60,303 nt of DNA from Candidatus Nomurabacteria bacterium RIFCSPHIGHO2_12_FULL_42_19. GTDB taxonomy: Bacteria; Patescibacteriota; Minisyncoccia; Phycocordibacterales; UBA9973. Shown here in pieces: positions 35,450-44,960 of the stretch; the stretch's first letter is position 1, and each line of letters begins with the position of its first letter. The translations under genes were made by a program, and so were the position numbers. The stretch is taken from NCBI GenBank assembly GCA_001786955.1, contig MFUM01000002.1, forward strand, positions 3,923 to 64,225. Direction: 5' to 3'. Below the pieces are notes generated by a model. It was not told the DNA's origin, ran no database searches, and saw nothing but the letters and a program-made list of their open reading frames with translations.

Positions 35450-36282
35450 AATTCTTTTATTATACCAGCTTTTGACGCGTCAAGCCATTTTATCTCTTTG
35501 TCGCGCTTGAACCAGGTCATCTGGCGCTTGGCGTATTTCAAGGTTTCTTTTATTACTTTTTCCGGAGTCGGATTGTCATATTCAAAGCCGAATTCTTTCA
35601 GGCGCTTGCTGGACACGCCGGATTTTTTTAATTTTTTAATTTCATTTAATAATCCATCCTGAAACATTTTCCGAACTCTCTGCTCTATTTTCTTTTTTAA
35701 CTTGTTATGCGGTAAATATAAGCCAATTTTTGTAAATTTATACATAGGTTTAACTTCTGTAATTTTAGGAACTTTACCAAGAGCTTTTGCTATTTCAATC
35801 GCCCTGATTAATCTGACTTTGTTGTTTTTATCTATATTCTTCGCGCGGCTAGAGTCTAATTTTTTTAATACTAAGAATAATGCTATCGCAGATTTTTTAG
35901 TAAGTTCTCTGCGTAATTTTATATTCGGCGGGACTTCGGGAAAAACACTTCCTTTGGTTATAGTGTCAATATAAAATCCCGCGCCGCCGCAAATAACCGG
36001 GATTTTACCTCTTTTGATAATTTCTTTTATTTTTTCTTCGGCCAGTATTTTATAATCTACTACGGTAAATTTCTTTTTAGGATTTACTACATTCAGCAAG
36101 TGATGCGGAATTCTCTTCATTTCTTTCTTGCTGATTTTGCCTGTGCCAATATCAAGACCTTTATAGACCTGCCTGGAATCTGCGGAAATTATCTCACCAT
36201 TTACTTTTTTGGCAATTTTTACCGCCAGATTGCTTTTTCCGGTCGCCGTCTGGCCCAAGATGACAATTATCTTTTTTCTCAT
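35446..36282 (-). CDS. miaA: tRNA dimethylallyltransferase
   Basis: ILGQTATGKS P-loop, SADSRQVYKGLDIGTGK. Confidence 0.9.
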   Translation of the reverse strand: MRKKIIVILGQTATGKSNLAVKIAKKVNGEIISADSRQVYKGLDIGTGKISKKEMKRIPHHLLNVVNPKKKFTVVDYKILAEEKIKEIIKRGKIPVICGGAGFYIDTITKGSVFPEVPPNIKLRRELTKKSAIALFLVLKKLDSSRAKNIDKNNKVRLIRAIEIAKALGKVPKITEVKPMYKFTKIGLYLPHNKLKKKIEQRVRKMFQDGLLNEIKKLKKSGVSSKRLKEFGFEYDNPTPEKVIKETLKYAKRQMTWFKRDKEIKWLDASKAGIIKEL

Positions 36283-37787
36283 TTTAAAATTTTAATATCC
36301 GCGCCGATAGAATTTAAACGTTCAGCTATTTCTTCATAGCCGCGGTTAATCATATAAACATTGCGGAGAATGGAAGTGCCGGGAGCGGCAAGCATTGAAA
36401 TAAAAATTACCATTGACGGACGTAAAGCCGGTGGGCAGACTACCTGCGCGGGCTTGAGCGGCGTTCCGCCTTGAATATAAACTCGGTGAGGGTCAGCAAG
36501 GGTGATGTTTGCTCCCAAGCGGTTAAGTTCGGTAAAATATATCGCGCGATTCTCATAAACCCAATCATGAATCATTGTTTGTCCAGTAGCACGGATGGCG
36601 ATAGGCACAAAGAAAGGAAGGTTATCTATGTTTATTCCCGGGTAAGGATTGGAATGAATTTTATCCGATAATGCTTGCAACTTGCTTGGAAAGATTTCAA
36701 TATCGGCAAGTTTAGTACGTCCGTTATATGAATAATAATTTTTCAAAATTTTATATTTTAAATTCATCCTCTTTAATTTTTCAAGTTCCAGGGCGAGAAA
36801 ATCAATCGGACACCTTGTAATAGTGAGTTTTGAATCAGTGACGATACAGGCCGAGATAAACATCATGGATTCAATAGGGTCTTCACTATTCCAATACTCA
36901 ATGTTTTTATTTATTTCTTTTATTCCGTGAATAGTGAGCGTTGAAGTACCGATGCCATCAATTTTTACCCCGAGAGTTTCCAAAAAGAAACATATTTCCT
37001 GAACCATATAGTTTGCGCTTGCGAAGGAGATAACGGTCTTACCTGGAATCAATGCCGCCGCGGAGAGAACATTCTCGCAGGCTGTATCGCCGGATTCATA
37101 CATTACAATATTTGCCGGTTTCAATTTTTTGGAGCTTATTTCGTAATCTTTAGATACTGTTTTTATTTTTATTCCCAACTCCTCAAGCGCATAGGTATGG
37201 GCGGCAATGGTACGCCTGCCTAAAGTGCACCCCTGTGCATGAGGCAGAGAAAAAGAGGAAAGCATATGAATAAGCGGACCTATCAGCATTACCACAGAGC
37301 GGGTTTTGATAGCGGATTCAATATTTATACTTCTCAAATTAAAATTTTTTGGCGGAGTGATTACTACGGTATTTGGGCCTTGCCGCACGACCTTCACGCC
37401 GATACTCTCCAGAATTTCAATTACTCTATTTACTTCTTCAATACGAGCGATACCGTGCAAAGTTGTTGTTCCTCTGTTTAAAAGGGAAGCGCATAAAAGC
37501 CCGACGGAGCCATTCTTGGAAAAATTGGTCTTAATGGTTCCATGCAACTTCTTTCCGCCGTTCACTTCAAAGTCAATGGAATCATTTATGGAAACTATCT
37601 TATGACCCAAAACATTGCTTATTTTTGTTAAAAGTTCGGTAGTGAAATTCTGCTCACCCTTTTCCATTCTGGGTATTGAGCTCTGGGAAGTATTGAGCAT
37701 TTTGGCAAAGTCTTCTTGGGTCATTCCTCTTTGTTCACGAAGGCTTTTAATAAAAATCCCTATTTGTTTCTGTTGGGTGTTTTTCAT
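36279..37787 (-). CDS. murA: XRE-HTH fused to UDP-N-acetylglucosamine 1-carboxyvinyltransferase (MurA-like)
   Basis: N-terminus IKSLREQRGMTQEDFAKMLNTSQSSIPRMEKG (XRE HTH). The rest is the EPT fold, with FEVNGGKKLHGTI, KNGSVGLL and the catalytic-loop Cys in PHAQGCTLGRRTI. Confidence 0.8.
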   Translation of the reverse strand: MKNTQQKQIGIFIKSLREQRGMTQEDFAKMLNTSQSSIPRMEKGEQNFTTELLTKISNVLGHKIVSINDSIDFEVNGGKKLHGTIKTNFSKNGSVGLLCASLLNRGTTTLHGIARIEEVNRVIEILESIGVKVVRQGPNTVVITPPKNFNLRSINIESAIKTRSVVMLIGPLIHMLSSFSLPHAQGCTLGRRTIAAHTYALEELGIKIKTVSKDYEISSKKLKPANIVMYESGDTACENVLSAAALIPGKTVISFASANYMVQEICFFLETLGVKIDGIGTSTLTIHGIKEINKNIEYWNSEDPIESMMFISACIVTDSKLTITRCPIDFLALELEKLKRMNLKYKILKNYYSYNGRTKLADIEIFPSKLQALSDKIHSNPYPGINIDNLPFFVPIAIRATGQTMIHDWVYENRAIYFTELNRLGANITLADPHRVYIQGGTPLKPAQVVCPPALRPSMVIFISMLAAPGTSILRNVYMINRGYEEIAERLNSIGADIKILK

Positions 37788-37876
37788 GTATTAAATTATA
37801 TCTCATATATGATATAATGCAAGTTATCTTGTGGATAAATTGATTTTCACCAGCAATTAAAGTATTATTCCAATAT

Positions 37877-37960
37877 GCCCAGGTGGCGGAATTGGTAGAC
37901 GCGATAGACTCAAAATCTATTGATGGCAACATCATGAGAGTTCGATTCTCTCCCTGGGCA
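37877..37960 (+). tRNA. tRNA-Leu (anticodon CAA)
   Basis: Acceptor GCCCAGG/CCTGGGC, anticodon stem ATAGA/TCTAT with loop CTCAAAA, long variable arm, T-arm GAGAG-TTCGATT-CTCTC. Confidence 0.9.
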
Positions 37961-38017
37961 CAGAACATTTTTTCACTTGATATGAACACGAGTATAGATT
38001 TTTATTTTTTAGAAGTG

Positions 38018-38026
38018 TGCTAAAAT
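38018..38026 (+). promoter_or_regulatory. Extended -10 (TGcTAAAAT) 6 nt upstream of the parB ATG
   Basis: TGCTAAAAT, then aaaagc, then ATG 38033. Confidence 0.55.
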
Positions 38027-38032
38027 AAAAGC

Positions 38033-39010
38033 ATGTCCAATACTTATTCCAACTCAATTTTTTGGATTGACACCGATAAAATAAAACCAAACCCTCTTCA
38101 GCCAAGGCGGGATTTCGACGAGGCGCGATTGCAGGATTTGGCCGACTCTATAAAGCAGTATGGAGTGCTCCAGCCGCTTACCGTTTCCCGGGTAGAAGTG
38201 GAAAAAGAAGGAGGCGGGCTTGTGACGGAATATGAATTAATCGCCGGAGAACGAAGACTCAGGGCTGCCAAGCTTGCCCTGGTCTTGCAAGTGCCGGTTA
38301 TCATCCGCACCGGAGACACGGCCATAATGAAGCTGGAGCTTGCCATTATTGAAAATCTACAGCGGGAAGATTTGAATGCCGTTGACCGCGCGCGGGCTTT
38401 TTTCCGGTTAGTCAGCGAATTTAAATTCACCCATAATGAAATTGCGAAAAAAATGGGCAGAAGCAGGGAATATGTTTCCAATTCTTTACGTATTTTAACC
38501 CTGCCGGAAGAAATTTTGAATGCTTTATCCGAAGGAAAAATAACCGAAGGGCATACCCGGCCGATTCTAATGCTTGCCGACCATCCGGAAGAACAGCTGG
38601 TTTTGTTTAAAGAAATTTTATATAAGAAAATTACCGTGCGCGAAGCGGAAAGATTAGCCAGAAAAATCGCCTATGACCGTGTGCGCAAGAAAGAGTTCAT
38701 GCCGGACCCGGAGATTACCGAGCTGGAAGAAGAGTTTCAAGAAAAATTGGGCACCCGGGTGCATATAGACAGGAAAGAATTAGGCGGGCAGATTAAGATT
38801 GATTTTTTTTCCACCGAAGACCTGCGGACGATTTTGGATTTAATACATAAGTCAGGAATTGAAAAAAAGCCGACTGAGATGCTTGAGAAGCACATTTCTC
38901 AAAATAATTCGGAAACAGAACAGGCAGCGGAAGCGATTGACGACCGGACAAAAGAAGAAACCCAAAAAGATGACACTGATTTATACAATATCTCTAATTT
39001 TAGCGTTTAG
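38033..39010 (+). CDS. parB: ParB/Spo0J chromosome partitioning protein (no parA adjacent)
   Basis: NPLQPRRDF, GVLQPLTV, LIAGERRLRAAKLA, HTH EIAKKMGRSREYVSNSLR. Confidence 0.9.
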   Translation: MSNTYSNSIFWIDTDKIKPNPLQPRRDFDEARLQDLADSIKQYGVLQPLTVSRVEVEKEGGGLVTEYELIAGERRLRAAKLALVLQVPVIIRTGDTAIMKLELAIIENLQREDLNAVDRARAFFRLVSEFKFTHNEIAKKMGRSREYVSNSLRILTLPEEILNALSEGKITEGHTRPILMLADHPEEQLVLFKEILYKKITVREAERLARKIAYDRVRKKEFMPDPEITELEEEFQEKLGTRVHIDRKELGGQIKIDFFSTEDLRTILDLIHKSGIEKKPTEMLEKHISQNNSETEQAAEAIDDRTKEETQKDDTDLYNISNFSV

Positions 39011-40476
39011 GAACGGCCGAAGGATTTAAGTTTTGCTAAAAGACTATTCTTTTCCAAATATGATCTTATATGTTTTTTAGCAATGGATGTTTTGACATAT
39101 TCAAGCCATTTACTGGATGGTCGTGAATTCTTTTTGGTTATTATTTCCACGATATCTCCGTTCTTTAATTTTGAAAAAATCGGCAACATTTTGCTGTTTA
39201 TTTTAGCTCCAAAAGTATGGTCTCCGATATCGGAATGTATGGAATAGGCAAAATCAAGCGGAGTTGAATCCTCGGGTAAATCGATGACATCTCCCTTGGG
39301 GGTAAAAATAAAAATACGGTCATTGAAGAAATCCATTTTCAAGTGGTCAATAAATTTTTTCGGATCGCCGGGGGTATAGTTTAATTCTTTCAATTCCTCA
39401 ATCCACTTGAATTTATTTTTATCATCTTTGATTTTTTTATTGCCTTGCTCTTTGTAAGCAAAATGCGCAGCAATGCCATAAGCCGCTTCCGCGTGCATTT
39501 CTTTTGTTTTTATTTGAATTTCCGCAACTCTTCCCAATCCCGTAAAAATAGTCGTGTGAATAGAACGGTAACCGTTCGGCTTCGGAACGGCGATATAATC
39601 CTTAATTCTGCCCGGCAGGGGATTCCAGATAGAATGCACCAGTCCTAAAACCCTATAGCATTCTTCTACAGTGTCAACGACGACACGAAGCGCCACGATA
39701 TCATAAATTTTTTCTATGTCCATGTCATATTTTAAAAGCTTTTTATACAAGCTATATTTATGCTTTATCCGGTAATCAATTTCAACGAATTTTATTTTAT
39801 TTTTCTTTAATTCTTTTTCAAGTTCCATCCGGACCTCGGTAAGATTTTTCTGATAACTGTCTTTTTTTTCCTTGATTATTTCCTCCACTTGCGCGTATTC
39901 TTCCGGGTAAGCGTAAGGAAAAGCTGCGTCTTCTATCTCGCCTTTAAGTTTTCCCATACCGAGACGATTAGCCAGTGGCGCGTAGACTTCAATCGATTCA
40001 ACAGCTATCCTATCCCTTTTGTCTTCACGCAAAAATTCCAAAGTGCGCAAATTATGCAGTCGGTCGGCAAATTTTATAATAACTACCCGCAAATCATTCG
40101 CCATCGCAATAAAAAATTTCCGCAGGCTTTCCACATGCCTTTCGTGCCCCCGATATTTCAAAGTTCCAAGCTTGGTTACTCCCCTTATTAAAAACAAGAT
40201 GTCGTCGCCAAATTCTTTTTTTATTTCTTCCCCCGTTATTTTTGTGTCTTCTAAGACGTCGTGCAACAATCCGGCGGCAATAGTTTTCGCGTCCATTCCA
40301 AGCTGAGCTAGGATTTTTGCGGTTTCAAAGACATGGATGAAATATGGGTCTCCATTCATCCTTTTTTGTTCGGCATGCGCTTTCTCCGCAAAATTATAGG
40401 CTTTATTTGTAAGTTCTTCCTCTTTTTTGCTTATACCACCCGCTATGTTACTTATTATCTCCTGAACATTTGGCAT
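39007..40476 (-). CDS. rel: RelA/SpoT-homologue (p)ppGpp synthetase/hydrolase (HD, synthetase and TGS domains, no ACT)
   Basis: HD motif LLHDVLEDT; synthetase RIKDYIAVPKPNGYRSIHT; TGS IFTPKGDVIDLPEDSTPLDFAYSIH. Confidence 0.9.
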   Translation of the reverse strand: MPNVQEIISNIAGGISKKEEELTNKAYNFAEKAHAEQKRMNGDPYFIHVFETAKILAQLGMDAKTIAAGLLHDVLEDTKITGEEIKKEFGDDILFLIRGVTKLGTLKYRGHERHVESLRKFFIAMANDLRVVIIKFADRLHNLRTLEFLREDKRDRIAVESIEVYAPLANRLGMGKLKGEIEDAAFPYAYPEEYAQVEEIIKEKKDSYQKNLTEVRMELEKELKKNKIKFVEIDYRIKHKYSLYKKLLKYDMDIEKIYDIVALRVVVDTVEECYRVLGLVHSIWNPLPGRIKDYIAVPKPNGYRSIHTTIFTGLGRVAEIQIKTKEMHAEAAYGIAAHFAYKEQGNKKIKDDKNKFKWIEELKELNYTPGDPKKFIDHLKMDFFNDRIFIFTPKGDVIDLPEDSTPLDFAYSIHSDIGDHTFGAKINSKMLPIFSKLKNGDIVEIITKKNSRPSSKWLEYVKTSIAKKHIRSYLEKNSLLAKLKSFGRS

Positions 40477-40482
40477 TAGAGG

Positions 40483-40491
40483 ATTATAGCA
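40483..40491 (-). promoter_or_regulatory. Extended -10 (TGcTATAAT) 6 nt upstream of the rel ATG
   Basis: Reverse complement reads TGCTATAAT, then cctcta, then the ATG at 40476. Confidence 0.55.
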
Positions 40492-40518
40492 TTTATATAA
40501 AACTTGGAAAAACGTAAT

Positions 40519-42765
40519 TTACGTTTCTATTTTTGGTATTTTATGAGGATTATGCATCAGGCAGACTTTGTTTGAACAGCGTTCAGGGATGGTTTTGGTG
40601 CCTTCCATCATCAAACTTCCGCATTTTTCGCATGTTCTACCTGTTGGTTTTGCCTTAATCGCAAATTTGCAATCCGGATAATTTGAACAAGAATAGAATA
40701 TTCCGAATCTTCCCCGGCGTTCCGAAATATCTCCTTTTTTACAGACGGGGCAAACAACTCCGGTTCTTTTCCGGGCTTCTTCGGCTTCGTCTTTTTTTAT
40801 AAATTTGCATTTCGGATAGCGTGAACAAGAAATAAAAGTTCCGGTGCCGTCGCGTCTTTCTTTGATAACAAGTTTACCACCCATATCTTTTTTTCTTTTC
40901 CCCCCAGCCAACGCTAAAGCTACGGCGGGCGCGGCGCACTCCGGGCAGTCTTCACCGGTTTCTTCCGGACCTTTTAATTCCGTTCCGTCGAGCATCAATG
41001 CGCCGTCGCATTCCGGATATTTGGAGCAGGAATAAAATTTGCCCCCGCGGGAAAGCTTGATAATCATTGGACTGCCGCATTTCGGGCATTTAATATTTTC
41101 TGGAGCATCACCTAAATTTGTCGCTTTTTCCAATTTTTCTTTAGATTTCACGTCTTTGGAAAATGGCAGATAAAAATCTTTCAAGGTTTTTTCATATTCG
41201 CGCTCCCCCCGGGAAATTTCATCCAGCTCGTCTTCCATTTCGGCGGTAAATGTATCGGAAATATAATTAGTAAAATGTTTTTCTAAAAAGTCGGATACCA
41301 CTTCACCTGTGTCGGTTGGGAATAATGTCTTGCCGTTTTTATTCACATACCCTCGTTCTTCGATTGTTCGCATTATGGATGCGTAAGTTGACGGTCGACC
41401 AATGCCTCTCTGTTCAAGTTCCTTGATTAGTCCCGCTTCGCTATAACGGCCCGGCGGTTCGGTGAATTTTTCTTCACTACTTAAGTTTAATAATTTTAAT
41501 TTTTCCCCAACACTGCATTTGGGTAATTCAACATCTTCACCCCGTGCGCCAGTCTCCACTTTTAGCCATCCGGGGAAAAGCAACCGAGAGCCAGTCGCCG
41601 CAAAATCAGGCAATTCACTATGTCCTTCCACGATTGCTGTAATTTTTGTTTTAAGTAATTTCGCATCCGACATTTGCGATGACACGGCGCGTTCCCAAAT
41701 AAGATGGTAGAGCCTGTCTTGGTCATTGTTGCCCGTGTGAAGTTTATCTATATGTGTCGGGCGAATAGCTTCATGCGCCTCCTGCGCATTTTTTGACTTG
41801 GTTTTATAAATCTTGGCTTCGGCGTAGTTATCCCCGTACTCTTTTTTTATAAATGAAATAATTTGGCTTTGGGCAATAGTTGAAAGATTCGTGCTGTCGG
41901 TTCGCATATAAGTAATGTGCCCGGCTTCATAAAGTTTTTGGGCTATTTGCATCGTGCGTGAAGGAGAATATCCAAGACGTGAACTGGCTGTTTGTTGTAG
42001 CGTAGAAGTGGTGAAAGGGGCGCGAGGTGAACGTTTCTGTTCGGATTCTTTTACGTCTTTCACTAGCCAGTTTCCTTTTTTACCGAGTTCAAGTATTTTT
42101 TCCACCAATTTTTCATTTCTGGGCTCTTCGGAACATTCCAAAGTAATTTTTTCTTTCCTTTTCGTATCAAACATTCCCAATATCCGCCAAAATTTTTCGG
42201 GAATAAAAGCTCGAATCTCTCGCTCTCGCTCCATTATAATGCGGAGTGCGGGGGATTGAACGCGGCCAGCCGAGAGTCCATATCGGACTTTTTTCCAAAT
42301 AAGACCTGATAAATCATAACCTACAAGCCTGTCTAGCACTCTGCGGGCCTCTTGGGCCTTGCGGAGAGCCGTGTCAATCTTTCTCGGATTTTTTAGCGCC
42401 TCTTCCACCGCTTCTTTGGTAATTTCATGAAAAGTGACTCTTTTTATTGGCGCCTTTATTTTTTTGTCTTCATTAAGCAATGTTTCTATGTGCCAGGCGA
42501 TAGCCTCTCCCTCGCGGTCTGGATCTGTCGCCAGGAGTATTTCTTTTGCTTTTTCTGCCAGTCCCCGGAGTTCATGCACGATTTTTTCCTTGCCTTTGGA
42601 AATTTCGTAATGTGGAACAAAACCTGCTTCTATGTCTATAGCTTTCTTGTTTGATTTTGGCAAATCGCGGATATGCCCGACAGATGCGCGCACGGTGTAT
42701 TCGCCTTCAAGATACTTCTCGATAGTTTTTGCTTTTGACGGCGATTCAACAATTAAAAGTTTCAT
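40519..42765 (-). CDS. topA: DNA topoisomerase I with C-terminal C4 zinc fingers
   Basis: Toprim LLIVESPSKAKTI; active-site region ITYMRTDS; several CPxC...C..YP.C fingers. Confidence 0.95.
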   Translation of the reverse strand: MKLLIVESPSKAKTIEKYLEGEYTVRASVGHIRDLPKSNKKAIDIEAGFVPHYEISKGKEKIVHELRGLAEKAKEILLATDPDREGEAIAWHIETLLNEDKKIKAPIKRVTFHEITKEAVEEALKNPRKIDTALRKAQEARRVLDRLVGYDLSGLIWKKVRYGLSAGRVQSPALRIIMEREREIRAFIPEKFWRILGMFDTKRKEKITLECSEEPRNEKLVEKILELGKKGNWLVKDVKESEQKRSPRAPFTTSTLQQTASSRLGYSPSRTMQIAQKLYEAGHITYMRTDSTNLSTIAQSQIISFIKKEYGDNYAEAKIYKTKSKNAQEAHEAIRPTHIDKLHTGNNDQDRLYHLIWERAVSSQMSDAKLLKTKITAIVEGHSELPDFAATGSRLLFPGWLKVETGARGEDVELPKCSVGEKLKLLNLSSEEKFTEPPGRYSEAGLIKELEQRGIGRPSTYASIMRTIEERGYVNKNGKTLFPTDTGEVVSDFLEKHFTNYISDTFTAEMEDELDEISRGEREYEKTLKDFYLPFSKDVKSKEKLEKATNLGDAPENIKCPKCGSPMIIKLSRGGKFYSCSKYPECDGALMLDGTELKGPEETGEDCPECAAPAVALALAGGKRKKDMGGKLVIKERRDGTGTFISCSRYPKCKFIKKDEAEEARKRTGVVCPVCKKGDISERRGRFGIFYSCSNYPDCKFAIKAKPTGRTCEKCGSLMMEGTKTIPERCSNKVCLMHNPHKIPKIET

Positions 42766-42812
42766 TAATCATCAGTATTACACGAAATAGTTTTTCAATG
42801 CAACTTTTCAAT

Positions 42813-43676
42813 TTAAAAACTCACGCGAATTTCTCCCATTTCTTCCTTGATCAGTCCCTTGATTTCCATGACCGACAGGAGCGCGTTGGCGGTTGGCGTA
42901 GGCATTTTTATCGCGCGGATTAAATCGTCCCGGGAAGTCGGGTTACGCAGTATTTCCATAACTATTTTTTCTTCAGGCAATAAATCAAAAAATAATTTTG
43001 CCTGTTTTTTCTCGTCTTTATCCAATTCAAAACCCAATGCTTCCAAAACATCTTCCGCGCAAGTGACAGGCGTGGCGCCCTGGTGGAGCAATCTATTTGT
43101 GCCTTTTGAATTCGGAGAGAAAATTGACCCGGGCACAACCAATAAGTCTCTGTTATATTCCGTCGTCAGGCGGGCAGTAATAAGAGTACCGGACCTTTCT
43201 TCGGCTTCTATAATCAGGGTTGCTTTAGAAATACCGGCCATCAGCCTGTTTCTTTTTCCAAAACCCCAGAGAGTTGCTTTGAATTCAGGCTCGAATTCCG
43301 ATATCAGGCAGCCGCCGTTTTTAATAATTTCTTCCGCCAATTTGGCGTTTGTTTTCGGATACATTGCTTCGCGCGATAATCCTGAACCCGGGAAGACTAG
43401 AACTTTTAATCCTACCGACAAAGCTTTTTTGTGGGCGATAGCGTCAATACCCATCGCCAGGCCGGAAACTATCACTATCGGATAACTTTTGAGCCCCGCG
43501 ATTATTTTTTCACAAGCTTCTCGTCCATAGGAAGTGAATTTGCGCGAACCGACAATGCAAAGATAAATTAAATTTTCCGGAGGCAATTCTCCTATAATCC
43601 ATAGGTCTTCGGGCGGTTGAGGAATTTCCAAAAGCGCTTTTGGAAATTTATTTTTTGGTAGTTTTTTGATTTCCAT
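42813..43676 (-). CDS. dprA: DNA processing protein DprA
   Basis: IVGSRK.T.YG, VSGLAMGIDAIAHK, and a C-terminal winged helix. Confidence 0.9.
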   Translation of the reverse strand: MEIKKLPKNKFPKALLEIPQPPEDLWIIGELPPENLIYLCIVGSRKFTSYGREACEKIIAGLKSYPIVIVSGLAMGIDAIAHKKALSVGLKVLVFPGSGLSREAMYPKTNAKLAEEIIKNGGCLISEFEPEFKATLWGFGKRNRLMAGISKATLIIEAEERSGTLITARLTTEYNRDLLVVPGSIFSPNSKGTNRLLHQGATPVTCAEDVLEALGFELDKDEKKQAKLFFDLLPEEKIVMEILRNPTSRDDLIRAIKMPTPTANALLSVMEIKGLIKEEMGEIRVSF

Positions 43677-43691
43677 GATATAATCATACCA
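43676..43691. promoter_or_regulatory. Interlocked divergent leaderless-type promoters of serS and dprA within a 14-nt spacer
   Basis: Plus strand: TGaTATAAT (43676..43684), 6 nt, ATG 43691. Minus strand: TGgTATGAT (43691..43683), 6 nt, ATG 43676. Confidence 0.55.
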
Positions 43692-44956
43692 TGCTAGACA
43701 TCAAATTCATTCGCGAAAACAAAGATATCGTGCAGGCCGGCGCGAAAAAAAAGCATATCAATATAGACATTGACGCTCTTATTGCTATTGACGACGAACG
43801 CCTAAAACAGCTTAAAGAAGTAGAAGAACTCCGCAGTGAGGTCAACAAGGTATCGAATGACATCGCGCGCGACCAAGACACTAAATTAAAAATTCAGCTT
43901 ATTGAAGAAATGCGCGCAGTCAAAGAAGAGATTAGGAAAAAAGAAGAAAAACTAAAAACGACGACCGAAGAATGGCAGAAAGCAATGCTGCAGGTTCCCA
44001 ATGTGCCGGATATTTCCGTGCCCGAAGGCAATAGTGACGCCGATAATAAGGAAATAAAAGTCTGGGGTGAAAAACCTGTTTTTGATTTTGAACTAAAAGA
44101 CCAAATAAACCTCATGAGCAAGCTTGATTTAGCGGATTTTGAACGTGGCACAAAGGTCTCCGGTTTTCGGGGTTATTTTTTAAAAAACGAAGGAGCACTC
44201 CTGGCTTTTGCTCTTTGGCAATTCTTTTTGGATAATTTAGTGAGAAAAGGATTTATACCGATGATTGTGCCGTCCTTAGTGAGAAAGCAAGCCCTGGTAG
44301 GTACAGGGTATATTCCGGGCGGAGAAGATGATTTATATAAAAATCAAGATGGAGACTATTTTGCCGGTACAGGGGAAGTTGCCACCATGTCTTATTACAG
44401 TAATGAAGTCATCGACAAAACAAAATTACCGGTAAAATTCGTTTCTTTTTCTACTTGTTTCCGTCGAGAAGCGGGTTCGCACGGAAAAGATATGAAAGGA
44501 TTCTTCCGGGTGCATGAATTCTATAAACTAGAACAAGTAGTATTGTGTGAAGCCAGCCATGAAGAAAGCGTTAAATTCCATGAAGAAATTACTAAAAATG
44601 TGGAAGATTTGCTTCAATCACTCAACCTTCCTTATCATATAGTGGCCAATTGTGGAGGGGATTTAGGGTTAGGTCAAGTGAAAAAATATGATATTGAGGT
44701 TTGGGTGCCTTCACAAAACAGATACCGAGAGACACATTCCGCATCCTATTTCCACGATTTTCAAACCAGGCGTTTGAATATTAAATATAAAGACGCTGAC
44801 GGAAAATTAAAATATACCCACTCTTTAAATAACACAGCCATAGCCACTCCAAGAATTATTGAAGCTATCTTGGAAAACAATCAGCAGGCTGACGGTTCCG
44901 TGAAAATCCCGGAAGTTCTGCGTAAATATATGGGCGGGAAAGAATCAATAAAATAA
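43691..44956 (+). CDS. serS: Seryl-tRNA synthetase
   Basis: N-terminal coiled coil; class II motifs FRREAGS, GFFRVHEF, TAIATPR. Confidence 0.95.
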   Translation: MLDIKFIRENKDIVQAGAKKKHINIDIDALIAIDDERLKQLKEVEELRSEVNKVSNDIARDQDTKLKIQLIEEMRAVKEEIRKKEEKLKTTTEEWQKAMLQVPNVPDISVPEGNSDADNKEIKVWGEKPVFDFELKDQINLMSKLDLADFERGTKVSGFRGYFLKNEGALLAFALWQFFLDNLVRKGFIPMIVPSLVRKQALVGTGYIPGGEDDLYKNQDGDYFAGTGEVATMSYYSNEVIDKTKLPVKFVSFSTCFRREAGSHGKDMKGFFRVHEFYKLEQVVLCEASHEESVKFHEEITKNVEDLLQSLNLPYHIVANCGGDLGLGQVKKYDIEVWVPSQNRYRETHSASYFHDFQTRRLNIKYKDADGKLKYTHSLNNTAIATPRIIEAILENNQQADGSVKIPEVLRKYMGGKESIK

Positions 44957-44960
44957 GATT

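Noticed and set aside
37830-37838. Perfect DnaA box (TGTGGATAA) near murA/tRNA-Leu/parB, raising the question of a replication origin
   Set aside because: It is a single 9-mer with no cluster and no AT-rich unwinding element pattern. One occurrence in 60 kb on two strands is close to the chance expectation.
37747-37989. 80-aa minus-strand ORF between murA and parB
   Set aside because: It overlaps tRNA-Leu (37877..37960) on the opposite strand, and the tRNA cloverleaf explains the sequence.
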